A stretch of DNA of 59,701 nt, filler included, from Jimgerdemannia flammicorona (Eukaryota), in the NCBI GenBank assembly GCA_003990765.1. It is 3 parts of 3 records of this genome, joined end to end, with 100 filler letters (N's around TTAATTAATTAA, not from the genome) between each part and the next. Parts side by side here need not be neighbours in the genome. Positions count along the whole stretch, not along the records: positions 39,869 to 59,701 come from RBNJ01001839.1; 2 more parts are not named here. The stretch is one strand, 5' to 3'. The first letter of the stretch is position 1. Each line of letters opens with the position of its first letter. The notes beneath the pieces were generated by a model that was given only the letters and a program-made list of their open reading frames with translations, searched no databases and was not told the origin of the DNA. The position numbers and the translations under genes are program-made. Shown here piece after piece: positions 47,400 through 59,701 of the stretch.

Positions 47400-49200
47400 C
47401 TTTCAAGCTGAATAATGAATAACTACTACTACCTAAACTATACAAACCAAACCAAAATATTTAGATAAGATAGATATGAGACTATCAGTATTTTATAAAT
47501 ATACTTCTAATAAATCAATCATCAACTTTATTGACAATTTTGAGCAATATATTACTACATATAAGGACTCTGATAGTAAGATAGTAAGTAGTCCTTAGGC
47601 TCTTCAGTCTCTGAGGTCCAGCAAGAGTAGCATTCATAGCTATAATCTATATAGAAGTAGATAATAATATTATACTAGTAGTACAAAAAACCAGGCTCCA
47701 AACTATCTACTATATAGATGAGATTAAACAAGTTCTGAAGGATCAGTTCAATATAATATATTAAGGAATAAGTAAAGATCTAAATATATTCTATACTAGA
47801 ATCCAATATTAGATAATTCTTACTAATTATACTAAAGCTATCTAAGATCAAGTAGCCAAAGTAATCTTTATGAAAGAAATTTACCTAAAGATAGCTATAG
47901 TTATCTACTTATTATCAGTTATCCTAGACCTATAACAGAAGATCACCTATGCTTAGTAATACTAAATAGCTAGACATTCACAAGATTATATAATAGAAAG
48001 AGTCACTAGAGTTATAATTAAAGTATCTAAGATAATTAGTATAATTTCTACTATAATAATCAATTAAAATATACTATAGTCAAAAGCTATAGAATAAGAG
48101 AGAAACAGTGACCCTATGGAGAAACTTGCTAAAAAGTTTGTTATAATGACTATATCTAGAAGATATAGTAAAGAAAATCAGAGAAAGAGACTATTATCTA
48201 GTTTAGAAATTTGCTACTATCTCAGATAAGAAGAGAGATATCTACTATACCTATGAAAAAGAAGGTCACTACTTATATAAATATATAAGTGAGACCAAGC
48301 ATAAGGTTCAACCAAACAATACTAGTTAAAATAAAGAATAGGTCAACATTATTATCTTCAAAGAAATTGAAGAGTCTGATGAAGAAGAATGGGAGACCTA
48401 CTCTGCTCAGACTATTAAGAAAGATATCTACAAAAAGCCCTATAAGAGACTATTAGAAAGATCTAAGAAGAATTTAGTAAAAAGACAGATAAAGATTATT
48501 ACAGAAAATCAAGCTGAAGAAATAGACCAAGATATAGAGCTTGAGCAGATAGTTTAAGATATCATCCAAGAAACTACTCCAGTCCTAGCCAGTGAAAAAG
48601 AAAAGAAGAAAAAGCTTTACAAGACTAAGACCTTTAAGTATAATATCTTCAAGGACCTTAGCCAACAAAAGGTCAATATAATCTTTAGCCAGCTGGTAGA
48701 AATTCCTATATTTAGATAGCAAATGAGATTTGGACTTACCAAGACTACTAAGAACCAAGGTTGAAAGATAACTGAGACTAATAATATTTAAAAAGACTCT
48801 AGAGAAAAAAGTAAAGACAATTACAAGACCTCTATCTATATAATCTGCCAGATTAAGAATAGAGTCTTTGAAGTCATCATTGATACTAAAGTAAGAGAAT
48901 ATCTCTTCAATAAGAAGACAGTAGACTATCTAGATTAGGAGGTTAAAGAAGTAACTAAGTTAGTATTCATTATAGTAGATAGTATAAGAGTCTTATCTCT
49001 GGAAAAGATCTGAGATATTTTTATTAAGTTTGAAAGAGTAATTATTTTAGTAGATATGATTATAACTAATACTACCAACTATAACATCCTCATCAGCAAC
49101 TAGTAACTTCATAAAGTTAGAGCAATAATTGATCTAAATATCCAAAAAATACTATAGATAGAAAATATGAATTTTTATTAATATTAATAAAGGAGTACTT
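47400..49200 (+). pseudogene. Highly decayed Gypsy gag-protease relic
   Basis: Knuckle remnant near 48242-48285 (YYTYEKEGHYLYKY), FKYNIFKDL..KVNIIFSQLV, protease remnant FEVIIDT near 48868 and YNILISN near 49080. Confidence 0.6.
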
Positions 49201-49429
49201 TCTAAGATAGAGGAAAAAGAAAGTAATAGAGAAAGCTTATATGGTAACTACTTAGAAAAAGAAAAAGAAAGTTAGATAGATGAGTAAAGAAGACTAATAT
49301 AAGAAGATTGTTAAAGAATATATACTATAAAGAGTCTGCTCCCATGAGATCAGAATGTACTATATAGAGTATATCAATGATTACTACTAGTATATCAGCA
49401 GAATTAAGAATATCTATCACTAGTGTTTT

Positions 49430-49740
49430 GCAATCTGAGCTGACCCATATATATATTTAACTTAATCCAGAATTATATATAACTTATCTTTAATCTGAGC
49501 AAAAAATTTACATCACTTATCTTTAACCTAATCTGAAAATATATATCATCTGTCTTTAACCTAACTCAGAATTATATATCACTCATCTTTAATCTGACTC
49601 AGAAATATATATTACCCATATTTAATCTGATCTGAATTTATATATAACTCATCTTTAACCTGATCCAAAAAAATATATATATAACTTAACTCTGACCTAC
49701 ATATATTTAACCCAATATAGATCTATCTTTAATCTGCTTT
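49430..49740. repeat. Degenerate ~37-bp tandem repeats, probably DNA-transposon subterminal repeats
   Basis: Repeated ATCTTTAA(C/T)CTGA..CAGAA.TATATAT units. Confidence 0.6.
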
Positions 49741-49919
49741 TAAGCTATAAGATATAATATATATATATATATTTAAAATATATATTTAGAATAAATAAAT
49801 AGAAATATAATTAGAAATCATAAATCAAAATAAAATTAGAAATAAATAAGAAGTAAATCAGAAAAATAAAAAACTTATTAATATAAACAGATTTTATGCT
49901 TCATTATTATAAATCAACT

Positions 49920-50330
49920 AATTCTTCTCCTTCTCATATTCTGAACCATCTTCTTTTATATATTCCTCCTTATATTCTAAACTACCTTTCTCTATATTCT
50001 CCTCCTCTAGGCTGACCTCTTTAATACTAATCTCTATTTTATTCTTTACATCAATCTTCTCATATCTTCTATACTAATTGTGCTGACCTCTCTCATACTG
50101 ACCTTCTCTATGTGACTTTCTAATACTGACCTCTCTAATACTGACCTCTCCTATACTGATCTTCTCTATACTGATCTCTTCTATACTGACCTCCCCTGTA
50201 CTAATCTCTTCTGTATCAATTTCTCTCATACTGATCTCTCTACTGATCTCTCTGCTAGCACTAATCTCTTCACTGGTACTGATCTCTTTTATCTCTTTAT
50301 CTCCTCTACTATCATCTCTCTTTTTCTCAA
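49920..50330. repeat. 15-bp degenerate tandem repeat (ATACTGACCTCTCT-like)
   Basis: Directly visible periodicity; produces the repetitive EIS-rich ORF at 50074-50346. Confidence 0.7.
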
Positions 50331-50524
50331 TATCAACCAAATACACAGTCTACTATCCATTAGTTATATATAAAGCAGTTTGTTATTCTTTACTAATACT
50401 TATTCAAATATGGTCAACAGTATTTTATAATGATAATTCTATCTAAATAACCTCACTTATTCTATACTTTGATATTTATCTTAAAGCTGATATAGTATAA
50501 TAAATGTTCTATATTTTTTATATA

Positions 50525-52597
50525 TAGTGAGGGACAAAACCTTACCAATGTTTTATTATTTTTAAATCTTAATCTATTGTAATCTAAATATATATGAATA
50601 TTATTAAATTCATATTTTAACTAATAATAAAGAAGGTCTAGAATGAAACAGTATTTATTTTGCTAAATTTGTATAATATTTCTAAAGTTATGACTCTTTT
50701 AAGTAAACCACTCATTAGTAAGGTTTTGTCTCCCACTATTTTTTCAATAGTTTTAATTCACTAACTCCAGCTCTATACTTGCTCTGCACCTGAAACTTCA
50801 CCCCTTTATTCTTTTTTGATATACTTTTTCCTTCCACACCTCTTACAATGAAAAAAATCTCAATTGAGTATCACAATTGTATCATCAATACCCTGAAGTC
50901 CAGTATATTGGTAAGCAAGATTGTGAAATAAATAGGTGTCAGCACCATGACCATTTCCTATATATGAAAAGAGTTCTGTAGTGGTGAGGTTATGTCACCA
51001 AAAGGAGGTTGCCCATATACATTCTCAGCTCGAGATTAAGTATGGATTGTTTACCAGATTATCATAAGCAAGGTGGAAACTACAACCGAGGTCACAAAAA
51101 CACTCCAAGAAGCTGACAAAATACTTCAAGACAGACTTCAAGATGATGGCAAACCTTCTGTAAGTATAAAAATAGTATGGAGAATACTGAAGAGGGCCAG
51201 CCTGAAGGCAATCATGAAGCAGAAGAGGCCCAGATTGCTCAAATGACATATCAAGGCTCATTATGAGTTTGCTCTTAAATACAAAGACTGGACAATTGAG
51301 GACTAGAAATAAGTCATCCTCTCCAATAAAATGAAGATCAACTGTCTTGACTCCAATGGTAGAAAATGGGTATGGAAAAAGCTGAGAATGCCATACAACA
51401 AGTATTATATGACCAGAATAGTAAAATTTGATAGCAGATCTGGGGATATATGTATAACATACAAGGAGGTCGATTATATCTATCAGATCAATACTAATAA
51501 TCTGGAGATGTATGATATATAAGGAGGTTGGTTACATCTGTCAGATCAATAGTCACATAGATGTAGAGCTATACTAGAGTATCCTTGATAACAAATTGCT
51601 AGAAACAATCAAATATTACCATATGGATAGGAAAAGATTAATTTTTCAGTAAGATAATAACTTAAAACATATGTCAAAAAAAGCCTGCCAATGGTTTACT
51701 GATTACTTGATTCATTTGTTGAGTTGGCCAGCATAATTCCCCAATCTGAATCCAATCAAACATTTATAGTGGTAACTTAAAAAACAACTTAATATATACA
51801 CAGAGCTCTCTAAGAGAATACAGGATCTTTGGAAATATGTAGAGCAGGAATGGAATAGGTAGTGCTCCCAATAAATTGAATCGAATCGAATTTGGCCCAA
51901 ACTTGATTTGATTCGATTGAATCAAGGGTCCAATTCGATTCAATTCAAATCGAATCAAAGGTTCAATTCAATTTGAAGTTCGATTCAAACCTTAATTTTC
52001 AAAATGTAATAACTCAACGAAAACTCATCCAAATTTAATGTATTTTAGCTTGTTAGATTCACCGTATTAATGTGATTCTAACAAGCTAAAGTACGTTAGA
52101 TTTAGATGAGTTTACACTGAGTTATTGCATTTTGAAAATTAGGGTTTGAATTAGACTCTCAATTTGATTCGACTTTTGATTCGATTCGAATTGATTCGAA
52201 TTGAAAAATCCCCAATTCGATTCGATTCGAATTGATTCAACTCATTTGGGAGCACTATGAATAGGATTCCAAAGGATGTTTATATTGGTTTAATTGAGAG
52301 TATGTCAAGGAGGGTTGCTGCTGTATATAAGGCAAAAAGAGGCTATACTAAATATTAAAATGATCAATAAACTGATTAGTGATATATCAGGGACAAAACC
52401 TTACCAATGGTTAGTTTTCCTAAAAGGATTATAACTTTAGAAATAATTATTCATATTTAGCAAAATATATACTGTTTAAAAGCTTTAGACTTTCTTTATT
52501 ATTGGTTAAAATATAGATTTAATAGTATTCATATTTAGACTACAATAGGTTAAGATTTAAAAATAATAAAACATTAGTAAGATTTTGTCTCTCACTA
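50525..52597 (+). mobile_element. Tc1/mariner transposon with ~210-bp TIRs, degenerate
   Basis: TIRs TAGTGAGGGACAAAACCTTACCAATG / CATTAGTAAGATTTTGTCTCTCACTA; TA TSDs at 50523-50524 and 52598-52599; transposase relic 50848-52357 (FALKYKDWT, IFQ.DN.LKH, WPA.FPNLNPIKHL, GYTKY*). Confidence 0.9.
51860..52257. mobile_element. hAT-family MITE (398 bp) inserted in the Tc1 transposase
   Basis: TAGTGCTCCCAA...TTGGGAGCACTA termini, 8-bp TSD GGAATAGG/TGAATAGG (7 of 8), TTCGA repeats and a long internal palindrome. Confidence 0.9.
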
Positions 52598-53531
52598 TAG
52601 TTTTCTATTGCTCTTATGACTTCTTGTCTCAGTTGGTCATCATATACTCTCTTTATATATTTATTAGTTATAACAAAAGTATCTAATATCTAATTTATGG
52701 TCTTTTCTCTATAAGATTTAGAATATCTAGAAAATTGGTTTAGCAATACTTTCAGATAGTGCTTGGACAAACTTGATAACAAAAATGATAACTGTAGCAA
52801 GATTTGCACTCCAGCCCAGACTTAGAAACTAGAGGATATATATATTTTAAATATTATTAGGAAAAAAAAAAAAAAAAAAAAAAAAACTAACTTTTTTGAG
52901 CTATATTATTGAGATCTGATGGGGGATCTAGTACTTATAGACTGGTAGTAAGCTGGTAGTTAGGAAGCTAGAGATCTAGGAGAGCAAGCTGTATAATAAT
53001 AAACTAATAGTTAGAAAGCTGAAGATCTGAAAGAGTAAGCTATATAGTAGTGAGCTAGTAGTTAAGCTAAAGATTGGAGAGCTGAGAGTCAGTGAGCTGA
53101 AAGTCAGTAAGCTTAACAATCTGAGTGTCAGCAAGCTTGGCAGACTGGGTGTTGGCAAGCTAGACATCTTTAGAGCACTGAGCTTTAGGATGGTAAGCTG
53201 AGGAGTATTAAGCTTAGAGTCAGAAAGCTGAGAGATCTTATAAATACTTATTGGCTTATTAGTTATATCTATATATTTTCAAAATAATAGTAAATTAAGT
53301 AAAGTAAAGCAAAGGATAAGGTGAAGTGAAGGATGAGATAAAGTAAAGAATAAGATAAAGTAAAGAATAAAGTAAAGTAAAAGATAAGAGACAAAAGTAA
53401 GCTTTTGATATATTAAATATTCAAAAGCTATAATATTTTTCAAAAGCTCTTTTGAAATCTCTTCAAATTTTTTTTCAAAACTCCTTTCAAAATCTCATAT
53501 TATTTGTAATCTAAGAAATAAGAGTGAGAGA

Positions 53532-53620
53532 TAGTGCTCTCAAATAAATGATTTAAATCAATTCAAAGTAAATATATATAATATTTGAATTGAGTTAATT
53601 TGATTCAATTTGAATATCAT
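53532..53620 (+). mobile_element. Decayed hAT-family left end
   Basis: TAGTGCTCTCAAATAAAT followed by AATTC/TTTGA repeats like the MITE end; no clear right end or TSD found. Confidence 0.5.
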
Positions 53621-54749
53621 TAGGAAAAATAACTTTAGTTCACATTTATTAGTTTATATTTATAGTTATTTAGATTTATATTATTTAATATAGTTCAAGT
53701 TTATAGCTATTTAGTTCATATTACTATATATTTCTATCCATGGACTTGCTATTTAGTTTATATAACTGTATCTTCAAAAAAACAAATCTGTTAGTATCTA
53801 CTAGTTTGTATCTGCAGTTATTTAAATTTATATTATGAAATTATAGTTTATATATTGTACTTTCTATCTATATTCTTAGTAATTTAGTGCAAAAATTTGA
53901 GGCTTAGTTTGGAACTGGCAAGCATGATTACCCAGATAAGAAAAATGATAAATAAATAGTATTTATTATAAGAATAGATCTGTGATTCAACTGTTCTAAT
54001 TTCCCAAATAATGTTTTTAATATTATTGATAAAATCTAGATATTTATTACTATTGTCATGTAATAGTTGCTGAGTCCTTCAAATATGCCAGATTCTCTTC
54101 AAGATGTATCTCTTAGACTAACTCAAGTTTGTTATAAGTAAGTTCTTATTGGAGTGCCTTCCCAAAGTCTTATAGTCCTCAAACTTCTTATCTTTAACTG
54201 TCTTGTTATCTCTTAGATTGCTTGCAAGGAAGTATGTGTAAGTGAAACCAGAACTAACTTTATTTCAGAGAAAATAAAAAAGATATTTATATAAAATATA
54301 ATTCAATAGTTGCTAAGATATAGAGCTAAATATAAATTCTAATAACTAAAACTACTAAGTTCCAGAGTTGGCACTGATGGTTGTACAGGTTCAGAATACT
54401 GGTATAATTTAGTGTTATATCAGAATACTGGTACTAGAACAATTTTGCATCACCTCAGAATGCCAGTGCTGGCATTATCTAGTATTACATCAAAATACCA
54501 GTACTGGCATTATTCAGTATAACAAAGAACTTAGAGCAGAAAGTTCAGGATCATGGGGGCTTCATCCTTATTATTACTAAAGGAGATGAGATCTACAAAT
54601 TCATCATTTTCACATACTTCAATATCATGTGAGATGATGTTATTGCCAATGATGTCATCACATTCAGCAGGGAAATCAGGGGCTCTCCAATCTATGAGGT
54701 TCTCTTCCACAAAATAGGAAACAAATGTAAGGTCTTAGAGAGGTCTAAC

Positions 54750-55975
54750 CTAAATACTTGGGCCTTGAAATACTGAGATCAATCCTTGCAGAAATTGGTC
54801 TGGGTTGTCTTGGAGGATGGAGTACCAGAAGTCTTCTACTTCATCACTATTGAGGGTGATAGTGGACTGGGCTTCTGTAGTCACCCTGGCTTCTAGTATA
54901 TTGATACAGTGAAATGACAGGTCTCTGAAATCTGAGACTCTAATATACTCCAAGTTAGGGATTGACCATAGTGCATGTCTGAAGATCTGGTGGATCTTCT
55001 TAGCTGTCCTTGCCTCATGTATATCCATGGGAGTGGTATCTTGTAGCTCTTGAGGGCTGGCCTGTGGGAACTCTCAGCAGAGGAGGTTTTCTATTTCGTA
55101 CTCCTGCCACATTTGGAGGTATTTGGTAGCAATAGTGATCCTTATTTCCATTTCATAGTGGTAGAGAATAAAGTGATAAGGGTCTGCAGTACCCAGGTTG
55201 ACACTGGGAGTCCTTCTTGAGCAGATCTTTATAGCTCTTCTGATGTCTTGGAATATCCTTTCCTCAACTGAGATGCCTTGGTGATTCCTTGACCTTGAGG
55301 TTTGACAGACAGCAGGTATTTCATTTATAGTAAGTCTTTGAGCTATTTTGGAATTGGTGGTTCTTATTGGTTACTATTACTACAGTTCCTTAATCCTTCT
55401 TTTATATTCTTCAGGATGCTTAAACTGTGGTCACAATGACTCACAGTTGGTCATCATTGCTTATCTCATATGTCATATAATCTTCTTGTGCTCTGATCTA
55501 GTGGCTTGTAAGGAAAGGCTGTCTCCTGTGCTAATGTTATCATTCTGAGGTCACCATTACATCTTCCTCCTGAATAAGGATCTTCTCGAGCATCCTTATT
55601 CATTGGTCTAGTCCTGAAAAATTTGCTGATCCCATATCTCTGGCAAGGGGTTGAAAAGTGGTGTTTATGGGCTGGTATCTTTCCTTTGTATTTTGGTGTG
55701 ATGGTGAAGGGTCACTCTCTTCATATAGAGCAAGGGCCTGATTCTGATCTTGACCAATCAGTTGATAGTTCAAACTCCTCTGACTTCAAAAGTCTCATGG
55801 ATGAGTAGTTGCCAGTGCCGTATCTCTTAGAGAATGGTCCAGACAGATAGCCTGCTGGTCATGAGACATGCTGTTATGATTCATGGACTAGAATCTCATG
55901 GGTGGTCATTATGTTTTGCTTCTCTTATATAGGTTCATAGTACTTCTTGAGTCTGTTCCTATATACCATGGTAGG
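54750..55975 (-). pseudogene. Gypsy relic: integrase C-terminus followed by an accessory ORF
   Basis: PTMVYRNRLKKYYEPI* at ~55975-55927 resembles the VHGNRLK end of Gypsy integrases; a downstream frame at 55370-54750 has a single internal TGA over about 200 codons. Confidence 0.6.
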
Positions 55976-57096
55976 CAGTATACATATTATTATAATATAA
56001 GAGATATAGTTAAAATAAATTATTATTGAATTAAATTGAATTAAATTAATATAATTTTGAAATATTTTAAATACATATTATTTTTATTATAGCTCTTAAT
56101 TTAAATTTAATAAATAAGATATTTTACTTAAAAATATTATATTATATTTAAAAATAATATTATAGAAAATAAATAAATTAGCTTATTTATTATTTATTTA
56201 TTATCTTTAAATAAAAGAACAATTATACAAACAGCTATATAAACTAAGATATATTTACTATTACTATTACTATTTCTCTCTGATATAATTTTCTTTTTCT
56301 TTATAATAAGAAGTTTACCAAACTATCGAGTATTTTGCTTATTTTGCTAACTTTGAAAAATGGCAAAATTGTAAAAAAGCTAATATGTATCAATCAAAAT
56401 AAGAAAATATATTCTTTTATTACAATATCAATATAAGGTCACAGAAGACCAAACAGAGTAAATTTTCTATGTCTTAGATTGCTTCATTTGCTTAATATTT
56501 GCCCGCCAGTCCGAAAACAATGTTGATTTATTTTTCGGCTCCGATGCATCTTGTAGGCGCACACGATTAGAAAATTTGTGTTGTGTTGAATCTCTTCAAC
56601 GTGTAACAAACATGTTGGTCATATTAGATTGCTCCCTTTGTGGCAACGTACATGAAAAGGTTTATTTTGAACGAGGTTGATAGAGAATGAAATTTGACAA
56701 AATCCGTCACGAGATTGTTGTGATGTACATGTGACTGAAGGGTGTGGCGTACCCGACTCGGAAAAACAATATATATAAATAAAAAAAATAAAAAAATAAA
56801 AAAATAAGAAATAAAAATAAATAAATAAACAAGGGGAGAGGGGTGATTCGAAGGGAAAGGAAACTGGGACGAGAAAAAACGAAAACAAAAGTCATTGAAT
56901 CAGAAAGGCGTACATACAAGAACGAGGACGGAAAAAAAAAAAGGATTTTGATGGTGAGTCGCATTCATTCAGCTGAAGAAGTGAGTTTCGAAATAATAAT
57001 CTGTACACGATCCTCCAAAGGAAGATCAAACGTTTCGGAACAGTGCATTAGCGCAAACACGCATGGCACATCATAGGCGCCGATGAGTCCTTGTAA

Positions 57097-59110
57097 TTAC
57101 GCAAGCATGAGGCATTTCTTTTGAATCATTGTCAGCGGCGGTTGGCCAACAATCGATGAAGCTCTCCCTGCGTCTTGCGATTGAATCCTGGCCACCTTGA
57201 AATGATCATCGACGTATGACGTGTGAACAGCGCTAGGATCCCTCGGCTTCCTGCTTATTGGTATCTTGATCTTGATCGCCTTCTGCTGCTTCGAGTTGTT
57301 GACCAGCGCGGCGTTTTGCTTCGCCAACTCGCCAAGGCTGATCGTCTTGGATTCGTTGCTGAGCGATCGGTCGATGACCACGACTGTCCCACGGAGCTTT
57401 TCAATCTCGGCGTCCTTGCTTGCGATGATGTGCTTCAGCTTGTCCGCCTCCTTGTCGGCGAAGTCGCGCAGGGACTCGTGTTGCCTATTCTTGGCAGCGC
57501 ACTGGTCGCTCCACTCTATGACTGCATTCTGCAACATTGTCACCTCGGCACGCGCCTGTTCGAGGTCCATGACCATACTTTCGGATTCCACCGCCTCTGC
57601 ATCAACAGCTTTCTTGAGGCCAATGATCTCGGCATCCTTGAGGGTGATAGCTTTTTTCAGTTCCTCCGTTTCCACGGTCTTGGTCGATACGGCCTCCTCG
57701 AGTCTGTGAATGTTGGCGTCCCGGATGGCCAATGCTTTCTGCAGGCCTATGATAACAGCGTCCTTTTCCACATTATCGGCAAGAAGTTCTTCGATTCTGA
57801 CGGTATCTCGCCGGGCAGCTTCTTCCGCAGCTTCGAGTGCGGCTGATTTGTCATCATCGGCCTGGCGGTATGCTTTGCTCTCGACTTCTAAGAACTGGAT
57901 CCTCGAGTCTTGGTTGGCGACGTTTCGTTGTAAGTTTTCGACAACCAGTTTCAATGCGGCTATGTCGATAGTAAGGTCGCTACGATGTTGGTTGGGGCTC
58001 TCTGTTCCCATGTGCGGCTTTCGTTGGTCGCATCCATCGTGGCTCTGTCCTTCGTGATTGTTCGCGTGCAGGACGGAATCTCCCGACTTGTTAAAGCACA
58101 CGGTACAGCCTGTCGGATGGTGGTGGAAATAAATTATACCCATGAATGTTTGAGGCGGACACAAATAAAAGCAAGCAACCCAAAATATCGTGATGATACA
58201 TACTACGGTCATTGGTATGAATCATCCGAATATGCCGTGTTAGATCCTGAGAGCTCTTGAATACTTCGTAGCACGATTTACGGTCACAAGCGACGCGGTA
58301 GCGATACATCGAATCGGTGCCAGTCGAATGAGGCTTGTCGTCCACGGTAATTCTGGCGGTTGGATTTATGTCGTGATCGGATGCGCCCGAATGCCGGCAG
58401 TTCTGAGCCTCTAGTGTGCAGCGCACAATCTCCTCTGGGGAAAGGTGCCTGTCGTCGGAGTTTCGTGGGAACGAAGAGCTTGAAAGATCCGTTTCGTCTC
58501 GCGTCTTTGCAGCTCGATATTCCATAATGCCTCGCGTGTCACGCACATCTGAGGAATCGCGACGAATCCTCAAAATACCAGTGCTGTAGGTATTTGGTTC
58601 ATCGCGCGTCCTTGCATGTTGGATTTGAGTGCGATGTTCGAGAGCACTTGACAAGCTGGGGCGGTCTGAACAGTTAGGAAAAGATTGGATTAGAGACATA
58701 TGGCGATCGCCAAAGCTTATCCCCTCCCTGCAGAGGGAAAAAAAAAAAAAACAGTTTTTCTACTAACATTCTTCAGCTAAATGCCAGGATCGGATATGCG
58801 TGTCTAGATTTTCGGACCGTGTGAATGTCGCGCCGCATTCGTCCCATGAGCAGGTTTCCTGCCATACTGGAGCACTTTGTGAGTTCGTCGGTTCATTTGC
58901 AATGCTGCTGTCATGGCGGCGGATATCTGTGATGTCGCGCAGAGCCTTCTTGGAAGCCCTTGAGGACTCGGGGCCGTCGCTTGGAACATACGGATTTTGC
59001 ACATTTCTATCGCACATGAATAAGCCAGGATGGGAACGCAGAGGTAGAGCTGGATGGGATTCTTGAGGCGACTGTGCCTCGGTAATAGAGTCCTCGGTAA
59101 TAATGTGCAT
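57097..59110 (-). CDS. C2H2 zinc-finger and coiled-coil protein, at least 3 exons
   Basis: Exons 59110-58768, 58665-58204 and 58109-57097 splice in frame with GT-AG; two fingers (CSWDECGATFTRSENLDTHIRSWH, CDRKSCYEVFKSSQDLTRHIRMIH) and a long heptad region. Start uncertain. Confidence 0.75.
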
Positions 59111-59701
59111 GGTTTGCAGGTTAGGAGGGGCTGGGTGGGCAAAGGAGGGAGGCAGTGCGATGGTGGCGTAGAAATTGCCCTGAGCTTTTGTTGATTTAAG
59201 GTTTGCTGATCATGCCTTTGGAAACAGGTTCTCCCGAGTCGTCCCAATTTATGATTTCAGATCGGTAACCTGTCAGGTGAGCATTTCGTCATCGCTCAAC
59301 AACATCTACAAGAACAAAGTAAACCCTTGTTTATAGTCACACCAGTTTAGAGTGTATCCCATCAAGCCACGAATGAATTGACAATGCCTCTCTCCTCTTA
59401 ATCAACAGTTCCCGCAATGTTTGTGTATAGATAATTTGACTTTAACACAATGCGATCTGAGGGTCTGAGGGAGATCTCTTTGCAAACCATCGTCGAGAGC
59501 TCCCATCAAACATTGACGCATCTCACCCATTATCGCTGCATCTCCGCCACTTTTCCAAATTCAGATATTGCTGTGTCGCGCTCTTAAGTTTCGATCTTTT
59601 CATCCTGTAGCTCGACGATTTCCATCAGTACATTGATATTGCGCTGAGGCTCTCAAATCTTTTGCGAAAAATTCCTCCTTCGATTTCGCGGCTTTTTTTT
59701 T

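Noticed and set aside
50074..50346. EIS-repeat ORF
   Set aside because: Explained by a decayed 15-bp tandem repeat; no evidence of coding function.
52862..52886. 25-nt A run
   Set aside because: No associated retroelement body or TSD was identifiable.
57223..58057. Long plus-strand ORFs
   Set aside because: Antisense shadows of the coiled-coil exon.

Overview
Fungal nuclear DNA (spliceosomal introns, Zn2Cys6 genes, chromoviruses; an early-diverging lineage such as Mucoromycota is my inference). It consists of three contigs joined by 100-nt N gaps containing a TTAATTAATTAA spacer (19836-19935, 39769-39868). Contig 1 is a nest of elements. An old Ty3/Gypsy relic is split by a 17.1-kb hAT transposon (1753-18855, 8-bp TSD) that carries a transposase, a convergent cargo gene and hairpin repeats. 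The hAT is in turn split by a full-length 10.6-kb chromovirus (5846-16423) with 2028-bp LTRs. Contig 2 is gene space: a CASTOR/GATS-like ACT gene, then a scrambled array of a DUF1206-like membrane gene and unusual intronless Zn2Cys6 genes. Contig 3 holds a probably 5'-inverted LINE, further Gypsy relics, a Tc1 element with a hAT MITE inside it, and a C2H2/coiled-coil gene. The best candidate for an undescribed system is a set of Gypsy accessory genes. The chromovirus has a dUTPase between nucleocapsid and protease and a ~365-codon ORF inside the LTR U3. That ORF shares a gap-free motif with an extra ORF downstream of the integrase of a different Gypsy relic (54750-55370). All older TEs show heavy C-to-T decay, while the gene duplicates do not. 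All alignments were done by eye; no database searches were run.
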